DNA of 64,000 nucleotides from assembly GCA_965113315.1 (NCBI GenBank), contig OZ220367.1; one strand, given 5' to 3'. The stretch comes from Podarcis vaucheri (Eukaryota). Position numbers and translations under genes: made by a program. Position 1 is the first letter of the stretch; every line of letters begins with the position of its first letter. The notes below the pieces were generated by a model. That model did not search any database, was not told where the DNA came from, and worked only from the letters and a program-made list of their open reading frames with translations. Of the stretch, positions 1 to 13,089 are shown piece by piece.

Positions 1-727
1 GCAGTTTACAACTATAACATCAATCCATAATTAAAACCCACAGTATCATTAAAACATCCTTAATTAAAATGTACAATAAGACAGTATACAGGAAGAAGCC
101 GAACAACCCACAATGCTGTCAGCATCCCCAAAGATGTCTTTTCCTAGAAGAGAGTTGATCAAATAAACCCTGGGCTGAGGCCAGCTTGTCTGGGACAACA
201 GGAGATCGGTCTCAGAACTGGAATGGCTTGCCATTGCCGATACCAAAAAAAAGAGAGTGAAGTGCCATCTGTGCGAGTGATGCAGTTACAAAGCATCACA
301 GCAACAGTGTGCTTAATGTAACTGTTTTGCCTGTTCTGCTCCTGGCATTGTGAATTATGGTGATTGTGCCTAGGCTGCTTGATTTGCAAAAAGAGGGAGA
401 GGGAGCAAACAACCTGTGCAGGCCATAGCTTATAAATTACTACAATGAGATTTGCTCCAACAAAATTTTATCTTGTTATTTTTACAGGAGCTTTTCATTT
501 TCTAAAACATGTTCTCCATTGAGGAAACTTTCACAGGAGCTTGCTATTTTACAAAACTTGCTTCACGGATAGATAATAAGGATTTCCAATATTTATCTGC
601 CTTGCATTATTTGCTTCTTCGGTTATACATCTGCAAATATATTTATACATAACAGCTCCCATCAATTACCGGTTTTCCTCTCTGATAAACCCCTAGCCTT
701 ATTGCTGACCCAATCAGGTAGACTATA

Positions 728-907
728 CAGTGGTGCCCCGCAAGACGAATGCCTCGCAAGATGGAAAACCCGCTAGACGAAAGGGTTTTCCATTTTTGAG
801 CTGCTTTGCAAGACGATTTCCCCCATGGGCTTGCTTCGCAAGATGAAAAAACCGCTAGACGAAGAGAATCACAGAACGGATTAATTTCGTCTTGCGAGGC
901 ACCACTG
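728..907. mobile_element. Tc1/mariner-pogo-type MITE, family B (short copy)
   Basis: TIR CAGTGGTGCC(C/T)CGCAAGACG, TA on both sides; related to 52634-52956. Confidence 0.85.
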
Positions 908-1484
908 TATAAACATGTAGTCAAAGTGCTCAGATTAAATTAATTAAAGTTGATACAAACCTCTTTTTATTCTCCTTCATACAAACAACACTAGCATTCA
1001 AATTATATTACATAGGATTAATACAAACCTTTTTCTGTTGGTGACTGATGTATCCTCCCCACTGGTGCCCAAATCACTCCGACTAAGTTTGATGCTATGC
1101 TATTAAAGTTCTTCCCTACTCTTGTATAGATATAGTGTAATCACAGTCACATGCTAGAAGTTAGGCTTATTGAGTTCAGGCTCCCAAATTCCCAAGTCTT
1201 TCTTAAAGTCACCACAGTCTCACTGGGCAATTTTGCAAGAAACACAAGAGGTCCATTGAAGTGTTCAATTCATGTGGCACTTGGGTTCAAAGTTTACAGG
1301 TGAATATTTCCTCAACAAGATCCAGTCAAGGTCCGCTTTATTATAGGAATGTTCTTACGCCTCAGAAAATTCTCACAGATGTGATAATCAGACAAATAAG
1401 CTGCATATAAACTTATATTTTATGTACGTTAATGACACATTTTTGGTGTGTTTAAAAACCAGTGGGATCAGTTAGATCTTTAAT

Positions 1485-1705
1485 TTTTATTTATTTATTA
1501 AATTTGTATTCTGCCCTTCATCTGAAGATATCAGGGTGGTTCACAGCATAAAAATACAAGACAAAAACACAAAATACATAATAAAAACAAGAACAAAAAT
1601 AAACCAAACCAATAACCCCCTCTCCCACAAATACATTTAAAAGCATATAGGATGCTAATCAGTCAAAGTAATGTTTTTGCCTGGTGCCTAAAGGTGTATA
1701 ATGAT
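1485..1705 (-). mobile_element. L2-type LINE 3' end fragment
   Basis: (TTTA)n tail followed by degenerate antisense L2 3'UTR. Confidence 0.5.
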
Positions 1706-3022
1706 CACATATTGTTTGTGTAGGTTTTTGTGCTTTACATTGGGGTATTGTGGACCCCAACAACTCAATATTGTTATATTGAGACCCCTTTTCTAGTAAA
1801 GATATCGTTTTCTAACCTGCTAATGGTTTTGTGCTTAATTACTTCCGCCAGGTATTTTATTTGTATGGATTTCTTGGGGTAGATTTGAACTGGAGTCAAA
1901 TGACAATGGATTGGTACAGCCATGTTGTTTTTAATCAACTGAGATTAAATCTTGCCCTTTCAAATTAAGCAGACTGATAAGAGTTTTAAGTTAGGCCGAG
2001 TTGGGCCCAATATTTTATACAAAATTTAATCTCCTAGAGCTAGTTATAAAACTTTCCCACTGACATTTTTTTTCCTCTTCAAATTAATAAATGCACAGGA
2101 GACAGAACTGTCTGCCTACTTCAGTTGTCATTATGAATGGGGCTTGGCAGCAGCAAGGCATATTAAAATCTCAGATGTATTTTTCTTGGTGCTTTTAAAG
2201 GGACCAGCCCTTCTAGAATATATCTTTTTTTAAAAAAACCTTCCAAAGACAGAGCCTAGGGATAAAATCTTCCTCGTCATATGTTTTAGACTATGCAGTG
2301 AAGACAGTTTCATGTCACTGCATTATCAGATCTGAGAACTCTATTTGCATAATTAAACATCCATCCACTTCTTATATCTGCCATCCCTTTCTATGAAAGA
2401 TGCCAATTCTACCTCCGCTTTGTGCACTGTATTCATTTCCTGCCAACAGAAAATGTAACGCTAACTGGCCTCCTGGAATTGTATTTATTTAGCTAGCGAT
2501 AGAAAATGCAGAGGTAAATGGATGCTCACTATAGGGTACAGGAGGGGTGGGGGACTTGTGACACTCTAAATGTTGCAGGAGTATAACAACCATCATCCCT
2601 GAACACTACCTATGGTGGCAGTGACTAAGGATGGGGAAGAAATACTGTGCAATGTGCATTTAAAGGTGATTCTAGTGCACAATTTTAAAACAAAGTGCAA
2701 ACTGAAAAGCAGCCGTCCTTTGAAACTGGCACTTCCCTGAATTTTTCAATGCCATTCTGCATCCAAGTGAAGCGTACAAAATGTGCAGTAAATTGCATAT
2801 GTTCAAGAAAATAACATAGAAAAATGCGTAGGGAAAGCTGCATACAAAAATGTGCATATTAGGGGAAATTGCACTAAAATGCTGAAGAATTTGTATGAGG
2901 ACTCCCCCCACCACTAATGTGGAAAACTGAATTTAAGCTTGAAAAAATGAGAAGTTGAGAGAGACTTCCCTGGTAACTGGTGTTAAGTAGCATACTGCTT
3001 CTGATACAGGCGGTAGGACACA

Positions 3023-3184
3023 GGCTGGATCTACATTGATCTTATAGAATGTTATATTTAATAATGTTCAAAACCTTTAAGGCAGTTTCCCATTGCTGGT
3101 GGTTTGCTGTTCTGCAGCACCCTCTGGTTTTATACATTTTAATAATGTCTTTTAACGCAATAAATGACGCATGTAGATCTGCCC
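3023..3184. mobile_element. PIF/Harbinger-like MITE
   Basis: Ends ggctggatctaca ... tgtagatctgccc; similar ends at 21305 and 21758. Confidence 0.5.
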
Positions 3185-3194
3185 ACAGTCATCG

Positions 3195-4051
3195 TGATTA
3201 GTAGTCATTGGTAGCCTTATTCTCCATGAATTTATCTAACCCCCTTTAAAGCCATCCAAGTTGGTGGCCTTCACAACATCCTGTATCAATGAACTCCACA
3301 GTTAAACAATGCACTATGTGAATAAGTACTTCCTTTTACATGTTCTAAATCTTTCAACTTTCCACTTCATTGTCCCCAAGTTCTAGTATTATGAAAGGGG
3401 GAGAAGAGCTTTGATTTACTTCCTCCACACCATCCATTTTTATACACCTCTACCATGTTCCCACTTGTGTGCCATTTTTCTAATCTAAATCCCATGACGT
3501 TTCCTCTTAGGAGAGTCTCTGATTATTTTGGTTGTAGTTTACTGCACCCTTTCTACCTCTATGATGTCTTTTTTGAGGTATGGCAATTAGAACTGCACAC
3601 ATTATTTCAAGTGCATTGTCTCATAGATTTGTATAATGGAATTAGGATCTTGGCAGTTTTATTTTCAGTTCATTTCCTGATGATCCCTAGATTGGAGTTC
3701 ACCTTTTTCACAGCTGCTGCATGCTGGGTCAACATTTTCGTTGAACTATCCCATCATGGCCCAATATCTCTTCCCTGGCTAGTCACTGCATAAGGTAATT
3801 AGGATTTATTTATTGCCCCAATGTGCATCACTTTTACACTTGCTTATTTTGAATCCCATTTGCCATTTGAACACTCGTTCACCTAGCTTGGAGAGATCTT
3901 TTTAGAGCTCCTCACAATCCCTTTTTGCATTTACCAAACTCAGCAATTTGGTGTCATTGGTAGACATGACTACCTAACTCATCCCCAAACTCCAACTCAT
4001 CTATGAATCAGTTAAAAAGCACAGGTCCCGTATCAATCTTTGGGAATTACT
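3195..4051 (-). mobile_element. Old CR1 LINE, 3' part (interrupted by BovB)
   Basis: Degenerate antisense CR1 ORF2/3' sequence that resumes on the other side of BovB. Confidence 0.7.
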
Positions 4052-4057
4052 ATTTCC

Positions 4058-7000
4058 CCTTCATGGATCACTGCCTTGCCGTGGCGAAGGGGCTTGAAGA
4101 ACTCAGAGAAGCTATGAACTACGCCGAGCAGGGCACACAAGATGAACAGGTCATAGTGGAGAGTTTTGACCAAACGTGATCCACCTGGAGTAGGAATCGG
4201 CAAGCCACTCCAGTATCCCTGCCAAGAAAACTCCATGGACAAAGACAACAGGCATATAAAAGTTATGACACTGGAAGATGAGCCCCTCAGGTCGGAAGGT
4301 GTCCAACATGCTACTGGGGAAGAGCGGAGGACAAGTACAAGTAGATCCAGAGCTGATGAAGCGGCTGGGCCAAAGCCGAAAGGACGCTCAGTTGTGGATA
4401 TGCATGGAAGCGAAAGGAAAGTCCAATGCTGTAAAGAAAAATATTGCATAGGAACCTGGAATGTAAGAACCATGAACCTGGGTAAGTTGGATGTGGTCAA
4501 AAATGAGATGGCAAGAATAAATATTGACATCCTGGGCATCAGTGAGCTAAAATGGACGGGAATGGGCGAATTCAGTTCGGATGACTACCATATCTACTAC
4601 TGTGGGCAAGAAACCCGTAAGAGAAATGGAGTGGCCCTCATAGTCAACAAAAGAGTGGCGAAAGCTGTACTGGGATGCAGTCTCAAAAATGATAGAATGA
4701 TCTCGATACGAATCCAAGGCAGACCTTTTAACATCACAGTAATCCAAGTTTATGCACCAACTACTGGTGCTGAAGAAACTGAAATTGACCAGTTCTATGA
4801 AGACTTACAAAACCTTATCGAAGTGACACCAAAGAAGGATGTTCTGCTCATTATAGGGGATTGGAATGCTAAAGTAGGGAATCAAGAGATAAAAGGAACA
4901 ACTGGCAAGTTTGGCCTTGGAGATCAAAACGAAGCAGGGCAAAGGCTAATAGAGTTCTGTCAAGAGAACAAGCTGGTCATCACAAACACGCTTTTCCAAC
5001 ACCACAAGAGACGACTCTACACATGGACATCCCCAGATGGGCAACATCGAAATCAGATTGATTATATTCTCTGCAGCCAAAGATGGAGAAGCTCTATACA
5101 GTCAGCAAAAACAAGACCTGGAGCTGACTGTGGCTCAGATCATCAGCTCCTTATAGCAAAATTCAAGCTTAAACTGAAGAAAGTAGGAAAAACCACTGGA
5201 CAGGTAAGATACAATCTAAACCAAATCCCTTATGAATACACAGTGGAAGTGAGGAACAGGTTTAAGGATTTAGATTTGCTGGACAGAGTGCCTGAAGAAC
5301 TATGGATGGAGGCTCGCAACATTATACAGGAGGCAGCAACTAAAACCATCCCAATGAAAAAGAAATGCAAGAAAGCAAAGTGGCTGTCCAACGAGGCCTT
5401 ACAAATAGCGGAGGAGAGAAGGCAAGCAAAATGCGAGGGAGATAGTGAAAGATACAGGAAATTGAATGCAGATTTCCAAAGAACAGCAAGGAGAGACAAG
5501 AAGGCCTTCTTAAACGAGCAATGCAAAGAAATAGAGGAAAGCAACAGAATGGGAAGAACCAGAGATCTGTTCAAGAAAATCGGAAATATGAAAGGAACAT
5601 TTCGTACAAAGATTACCATAATAAAGGACAAAAGTGGTAAAGATCTAACTGAAGCAGAAGACATCAAGAAGAGGTGGCAAGAATACACAGAGGAATTATA
5701 CCAGAAAGATATGGATGTCTCGTACACCCCAGGTAGTGTGGTTGCTGACCTTGAGCCAGACATCCTGGAGAGTGAAGTCAAATGGGCCTTAGAAAGCACT
5801 GCAAATAACAAGGCCAGTGGAAGTGATGGTATTCCAGCTGAACTGTTTAAAATTTTAAAAGATGATGCTGTTAAGGTGCTACACTCAATATGCCAGCAAG
5901 TTTGGAAAACTCAGCAGTGGCCAGAGGATTGGAGAAGATCAGTCTACATTCCAATCCCAAAGAAAGGCAGTGCCAAAGAATGCTCCAACTACCGCACAAT
6001 TTCACTCATTTCACATGCTAGCAAGGTTATGCTTAAAATTCTACAAGGAAGGCTCAAGCAGTATGTGGACCGAGAACTCCCAGAAGTGCAAGCTGGATTT
6101 AGAAGAGGCAGAGGAACCAGAGACCAAATTGCAAACATGCGCTGGATTATGGAGAAAGCCAGAGAGTTCCAGAAAGACATCTACTTCTGCTTCATTGACT
6201 ATGCAAAAGCCTTTGACTGTGTTGACCACAGCAAACTATGGCAAGTTCTTAAAGAAATGGGAGTGCCTGATCACCTCATCTGTCTCCTGCGAAATCTCTA
6301 TGTGGGACAAGAAGCTACAGTTAGAACTGGATATGGAACAACTGATTGGTTCCAAATTGGGAAAGGAGTACGGCAAGGCTGTATATTGTCTCCCTGCTTA
6401 TTTAACTTATATGCAGAATTCATCATGCGAAAGGCTGGGCTGGATGAATCCCAAGCCGGAATTAAGATTGCCGGAAGAAATATCAACAACCTCAGATATG
6501 CAGATGACACAACCTTGATGGCAGAAAGTGAAGAGGAATTAAAGAACCTTTTAATGAGGGTGAAAGAGGAGAGTGCAAAATATGGTCTGAAGCTCAACAT
6601 CAAAAAAAACGAAGATCATGGCCACTGGGCCCATCACCTCCTGGCAAATAGATGGGGAAGAAATGGAGGCAGTGAGAGATTTTACTTTCTTGGGCTCCAT
6701 GATCAGTGCAGATGGTGACAGCAGTCACGAAATTAAAAGACGCCTGCTCCTTGGGAGAAAGGCGATGGCAAACCTAGACAACATCTTAAAAAGCAGAGAC
6801 ATCACCTTGCCAACAAAGGTCCGTATAGTAAAAGCCATGGTTTTCCCAGTAGTGATGTATGGAAGTGAGAGCTGGACCATAAAGAAGGCTGATCGCCGAA
6901 GAATTGATGCTTTTGAATTATGGTGCTGGAGGAGACTCTTGAGAGTCCCATGGACTGCAAGAAGATCAAACCTCTCCATTCTGAAGGAAATCAGCCCTGA

Positions 7001-7279
7001 GTGCTCACTGGAAGGACAGATCGTGAAGCTGAGGCTCCAATACTTTGGCCACCTCATGAGAAGAGAGGACTCCCTGGAAAAGACCCTGATGTTGGGAAAG
7101 ATGGAGGGCACAAGGAGAAGGGGACGACAGAGAATGAGATGGTTGGATGGTGTTCTTGAAGCTACTAGCATGAGTTTGATCAAACTGCGGGAGGCAGTGG
7201 AGGACAGAAGTGCCTGGCGTGCTCTGGTCCATGGGGTCACGAAGAGTCGGACACGACTAAACGACTAAACAACAACAAC
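4058..7279 (+). mobile_element. Full-length BovB (RTE-clade) LINE
   Basis: APE endonuclease (GTWNVRT, GDWNAKVG, SDH) plus RT (FIDYAKAFD, LRYADD) in ORFs 4166-6718 and 6618-7268; (CAA)n tail; candidate TSD atttcc at 4052-4057 and 7280-7285. Confidence 0.95.
4235..7268 (+). pseudogene. BovB APE-RT ORF with a single +1 frameshift in the A8 run at 6602-6609
   Basis: Removing one A gives ...LNIKKTKIMATGPITSW..., joining the 850-aa and 216-aa ORFs with no other stop. Confidence 0.85.
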
Positions 7280-7690
7280 ATTTCCTTCCATTGGGAGAAG
7301 TCCATTCATTTCTCCTTTCTGTTTCTTGCTCTTTAAACAGTTACTGATCCATAGGAGGATTTGTGCCCTTATTCCATGACTACCAAGGTTCTTCAGGAAT
7401 CTTAAGGATTGCATCAAAAGCTTTTTGAAAGTCCAAGTGCATAATGTAAGCTGGATCACTTGCTGATCCTCTCTAAGAACTCTAAAGGGTTACTGAGCCA
7501 GAGAACTGGCCTTTGCAAACATGCTAGTTCCCCTTCAGAAACACTTGTTCTTCTATATGCTTGGTTGTTTTATTTTTTACATTGCTTTGCACCGGTTTCA
7601 CTGGAGCAGACATTAAGCTACCTGACCTGTAGTTTTCCAGATCCTTTTTTAAAAAATTGGTGTTACTATGAACTCCTTGCCATGATACAG
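7280..7690 (-). mobile_element. Old CR1 LINE, RT part (continuation)
   Basis: Minus-strand translation LGSHGIRAQILLWISNCLKSKKQK and a DFQKAFD-like motif typical of CR1 RT. Confidence 0.75.
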
Positions 7691-10547
7691 GAGGCACCAA
7701 CAGCAATTTGTTTCTCTTGCTAAAAATGTATGTTTACACAGGCTTTTCCAAATCACAGGGTGCCAGCTTTTAATTAACCTGCCTGCTGCGGAGGCTTTTT
7801 TAAAATGATGTTTCATAGTATTGTTGCTTTTGTTTTGTTTTTACTGTAGGGCACACTGAGATTTGGAATGAAAAGTGGCCCCGAAATATTTAAATGAAAT
7901 GAAATCAGTTTACAGCCTCTCGAGCCCTTCTGTGTGCCTCTCACAGTTCATCCAAACATCTCCACTTTTCTGCCCTCGTCATAATCTAACAATTTCACAT
8001 CGTGTCTGCTTTCCCCAGCATATTTGGGAAGGAGCTCTGGCTGCTGCTCCTCACGGTTGGCTGGGCATCTTCCTCATGAATGAATGACATTAGTGGGGAA
8101 GGCTTCGCCTGCCACAAAGCTGCTCCACCTGGACGGCATACTGGTCGCCTGTTGTGTTTTCCTTTCCTCCTCCCATGCGTTGGAAAGAGGCAATCATTAG
8201 AATATAGATTTGTTGCTGTTGCCTACTCCTGGAATGTTGAAGGATTTTGTGAATCAGGCTTTGCTCTGAGGGTTGTTGTTTTTATTAAGAAAATGGCTCA
8301 TTTGAATATGCATTTTCTGCTCCAAATCTATTTTTCCTGCAAGATTACAGCTAGAGGACTAGATCAAGCCCTGAATCAACTGTTTTCACTGAGAGGAGAC
8401 ACTTCATCAGATTATCAACCCAGCTACTAGCAATTTATTATTACAAGATGGGTTCAGGCAGAGAAGTCCTCTTTATGTTTTGCTATTTTAATGATGTGGA
8501 CATTTTTGCTACCAGATATACGATGATTTAAACATATTTCTAGCATTCAGAATGCTTTAATATCCCTGTGTTCACTCTGACATCCTTCTTAGGTGGGTTA
8601 CCAGTTTAGGGACCGAGCATTCAAACTGGAGAGAACTGAGTCCCCAACGAAGCAGAGAAACCTCATGGATCCAATTCTAATGCTCAGACTATTCAACCAC
8701 ACCGACTCTTAATTACTAAATACATGTAATATTTAGCTACTGTAGGTAAGGCAGCTTGGGCAGCTGCTGTTTGACAAATGCCAGGTCAAACCCCACTTGG
8801 GAACATGGAACTAGTTGTAAGGGTCTTTGGATCATGGCTAGATTGGGAAAGTGCAAACTTGTCATTATTTTTTTTACAAAACCCATTAAATGCCAGTCGC
8901 CAACAAATATTAAAACTGCAACTAATAGCAAATATGCTGAGATTCATAAAGTTGCCATTTCGTTTCAGTTTATAGCCTTTCAAAACCTTTACGTAAATTA
9001 CAAAACAGAGCTAAACTGGTGAGGCATGCAGATTTCATATATATGAGACAACAAAAAGAAGAAAAGATCAGCCTGAAGTCTTTTCATTTTGTTCAAGATG
9101 CAAATACATAATTTCCACCACCATGAGTTGCATTTATTGTGAGCTATATGTTATTGTGGAACTTCATTTTATAGTTAATTTCTTTTTAGTGGAAATTGTT
9201 GACTTGTTATTTTTACTCTAGTTAATTAAATTATTGTTTGAGCACACAAGAGCTTTTGCTAGGTATAATTGCCATTTACATTCATTTGCCACTGTGTGCA
9301 TACTCAACAAGGACCCCTTCCCAATCAGAAGCTCTTTGGCAGGTTTAACTGCATAATACCCACATTTGCTACTCGTACACTTTGCTATTTACACTGAAAA
9401 CACTTTAGATGCACATGTTTCAAAGGGATGGCTTGTGTTTTCAGGGCTCATTCTGTTCTCTAGACAGTGGTCCAGAAGCTCAAAATGTGCTTTGTCTAGA
9501 CTCCTTCACAAATGGGCAGACTCCCTAATAAAATTGGCACCATCAAGCAGTAAAGGCTTCCCAGTTATGCAGTCTGTCATAAAATTATACACAAATATGC
9601 ATATTTACACAGTATGTCCAAAATCCTAGAGGGAGAACTAATTATGGGTGGGGTTTCTGTATGTTTTGCTGCAGGAACTTTTCTTTTCCTTGCAAGTGAA
9701 GCTGAGAACTTTTGATCACGCCTTGATTAAAATTCATCAGGACTGCCAGGGACCAGACAATATTGCTGTGAGGGCCAGATGTGCCCTGCACACTGCCACT
9801 TGCCCATCCCTTCTCTAGCCTGTGGCCACAAAGCACCGATTTGTACCTGCTGACGTGAATAACTTCTCACATTGCTGAAGAAAACCCCGTGTGAAACCTT
9901 ACGCAAGAAATATGCTCCACCTAATCAACTCTATTAATTTCATTCCAACACATGCAAATTATTTTTGACATATACATGAGGTGCTCTAGGGAGTGCACCA
10001 AAATTGCTTCCATTAACTGGATGAGCTGACAAGAACAAAACGACACTGCTTGAAGCAACATCTGGCAGCCCGCTACTATTTCAGACAAGAATTTTCCCGA
10101 GGCCCAGTCCCTCAAATGGGCAACTATTTATCATTTTCATTTGAATATTGGAACAGCAAAGCATCAATATGTCAGTGCAATGCTTGGGCATGTCACTTGA
10201 AGAGACTACTAGTTCTTGCCAACAACTTCTTTTTCCAGGCAATTTTGAAATGCTCTACAACAGTGCAGCCAAACTTCTGAGTACTTTACTGCAATCTTCT
10301 CTTGCTGCCCTCATCACTGCCTTCACCTCCACAAGAATGGAGAATGTCTATCTCAACAAATCAGTGATACCCAATGTCTCCATGTCTACCTTTCTTTTAA
10401 CCTTCTTTTAACTAGATCCTGGAATCAAGTGGATCCACTTTCCTACATAAAAGCCAAGGTTGGGGAACTAGCGTCCTATGGCTGTCCCAAGAAGTATTCC
10501 CAATTGGCTTTGTAGCCTCTCAGCCTCTTCTTTGCCCACTGCTTCTA

Positions 10548-11168
10548 GTCATCTAGTCCAACCCCCTGCAATGCAGGAATCTCAGCTAGAGCATCCATGA
10601 TAGATGATCATCCAACTTCTTCTTTAAAACCTTCAAGGAAGGAGAGTCCACAACCTTCCAAAGAAGACAGATCCACGGTTGAACAGTTCTTCCTGTCAGA
10701 AATTTCTTCCTGATGTTTAGTCGCAATCTCCTTTATTGTAATTTGAAGGCATTGGCTCGAGTCCTACCCTCCAGAGCAGGAGAAAACAAGCTTGCTGCAT
10801 CTTTCATGTGACAGCCCTTCAGATATTTAAAGATGGCTATCATATCTCATCACTCTCCTCTTTTCCAGGCTAAACAGCTCCTTCAACCGTTCTTCATAAG
10901 GCTTGGTTTCCTTGATCATCTTGGTTGCCCTCCTCTGCACATGATCCAGCTTGTCAACATCCTTCTTAAGTTGTGGTGCTCATAACTGAATACAGTATTC
11001 CTGGTGTGGTCTGACCAAGGCAGAATAGAGTGGTGCTATTACTTCCCTTGATCGGGACACGATGCTTCTGTTGATGCAGCCTAGAATAGCATTCCTTTTT
11101 TTTTTTTTTTTTTGCTGCTGCACCACACTGTTGACTCATGTTAAGCTTGTGGTCCACTAAGACCCCAA
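10548..11168 (-). mobile_element. CR1 LINE 3' fragment
   Basis: Minus translation [20 protein letters not shown] (CR1 ORF2) and CR1 3'UTR tagtccaaccccctgcaatgcagg. Confidence 0.85.
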
Positions 11169-11189
11169 ATTGATTGGCTCCTGCGCTCT

Positions 11190-11690
11190 GCAGTGAGAAA
11201 GGGACTCTTAACTTTTGCCAGCCACGACACAGCACAGCAACTCTCTCGCTCACACACACATCCCTTTACCTCCCTCTCTTTCCTCCCTCTCAACTGTCAT
11301 GGTATTGCCAGAGAATGCATGGGAGGAGCAGAGACAGACAGAGGGAGGGGGGCAGGAAGTGGCGATTGAGGAAAGAGCGGGATGGCTCACAGATGTTGAA
11401 CCAGAGCCTCAACACTGCACAGGAAGTTCTGGCACAGACAGTGAAACAATGCCTATTCCGTCTGCCAGGGAAAGGAGAGTGTGTTAAAGAGGAGAGGGGA
11501 GAGGCATCACATGAAACTTCCCCGCCTTTTCTGTTGGAGAAGGAGCTGGCATAAGCCACTCCCAGAATCTAAGCCGGAGGATTCGGATGCATGATTGTAA
11601 TGCGCTGCTTGTACATATGTAAAATAAAGACTGTATATATGTATCTCTGAGTGAGCAGAGGCATTTCTTGCGAAGAGCATTCACAAGCCA
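11190..11690 (+). mobile_element. Possible solo LTR
   Basis: About 500 bp with purine-rich U3-like body and AATAAA near 11623; termini and TSD not resolved. Confidence 0.3.
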
Positions 11691-12788
11691 TCACATCAAC
11701 TTGCTGTGTGTGTGTACACTTGTGCATGTGTGAAGCATGTCTGTGTACATTAAGAGTGTGTGATTGTGGCCACTTATGCAGCTTCTGCTGCTCCCACCCA
11801 GTTTTCCACAGAGGTAACATGGCCCATTGTCAGAAAAAGATTCCCTGTTTCTGATTTAAGAGAGCTAGAAGAGGTGCAAGTAACCAAAAGACAGATTAAA
11901 GGAAAAGGCTCTATAGGAAAAATCTGATTCCAGAACTGGCAATATAGGTTGCTCCGTGATTTGACTGTCACACAGCGAAGCTTGGAGGGCATAGTCTACT
12001 CCGACCACTTAGCTATTGCCAGTCCACTTGAATTGCTGATTTCCTTTCATATTGCTCCTTTATCAGAGAGTCCAGGAGTCAGCATTTTACTGTTCTGTAT
12101 TGCTACCTAGCGTTTGCCTTCCTATGGCCATCTCTTTGAGTTGTTTGCTTGTACATTTGTTGCTCTCGTTCACTTTAGCCTCTTAATGAGATTATATTTC
12201 CCCTGCACTTTAACTCAGTTCTTTCATCTTTCAGAATACCTCTCAAGACCTCACCTTTTCTTGTAGATTGTCGGATAGCCAGCACCAAACAATGATTCCT
12301 AAGGTAAACATGCACTCTCCAGCTCATTCATTCTCTCTCTAAAACTATTTCTAGTTTGCAGTCTCCTCTCTGACTAGAAAGGAGAGGATAAGGATGAAGA
12401 ATCTTCTCCAACCATGTCCACACCTAGGCATTTGACCTATAATTCTCCTAACAGAAGGTGTTCCTGGAAACTATATAGTTCCAAGTAGTCCTTCTGGCTC
12501 CATTAATCCATTCCTGTGCTAACCCCACAAACTTACAATACATTACATATTTTTGCATAGCCGTATGTCCCTTCTCCATATTTCTCCTTGCTCTTTCCTG
12601 ATGCTTTGCCCTTAGCATTTATTTATTTAGATTCATTTTCTGCCTATCATCAGTTTTATGACCCCAGAGTTAATAATAGCTTGATTGTAAGCCTTCAAGC
12701 TGGCATGAGGTTTCAGTTATGATGGTGATATCTGTGGTTACGGTATCAGTTTAAGCGTTATAGAAACAAGCAAACAAATAAAGGACTA

Positions 12789-13089
12789 AAAAATAGTCCA
12801 GTAGCACCTTAGAGACCAACTAAGTTTGTTCTAGGTGTAAGCTTTCACGTGCATGCACACTTCTTCAGATACACTGAAACAGAAGTCACCAGACCCTTAT
12901 ATATAGTGGGAGGGTGGGGTGGGTCTATATATAAGGGTCTGGTGACTTCTGTTTCAGTGTATCTGAAGAAGTGTGCATGCACGTGAAAGCTTACACCTAG
13001 AACAAACTTAGCTGGTTTCTAAGGTGCTACTGGACTATTTTTTAATTTTTAATTTCAACTGCGTCAGACCAACACGGCTACCTACCTGA
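12789..13089. mobile_element. Penelope-like element remnant: inverted pseudo-LTR fold-back
   Basis: About 119-bp inverted arms (12788-12906 and 12925-13043, 2 mismatches); sequence resembles reptile Penelope pLTRs; 13-bp TSD aaataaaggacta at 12776-12788 and 13090-13102. Confidence 0.8.
12955..12997 (+). ncRNA. Minimal hammerhead ribozyme-like motif (mirror copy on the minus strand in the left arm)
   Basis: CTGAAGA (12963-12969), palindromic stem GTGTGC-AT-GCACGT, GAAA (12985-12988), then GCTT; matches the minimal type I hammerhead layout of Penelope-like elements. Confidence 0.6.

Noticed and set aside
6602-6609. Programmed ribosomal frameshift in BovB
   Set aside because: BovB is a single-ORF element, so a homopolymer indel or sequencing error is the simpler explanation.
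4033-7240. Long minus-strand ORFs (168, 193 and 171 aa) and the 218-aa alternative plus-frame ORF
   Set aside because: These are antisense or shadow frames of the BovB ORF.
12267-12303. Tiny plus-strand exon candidate
   Set aside because: Splice-like signals only, with no coding or contextual support.
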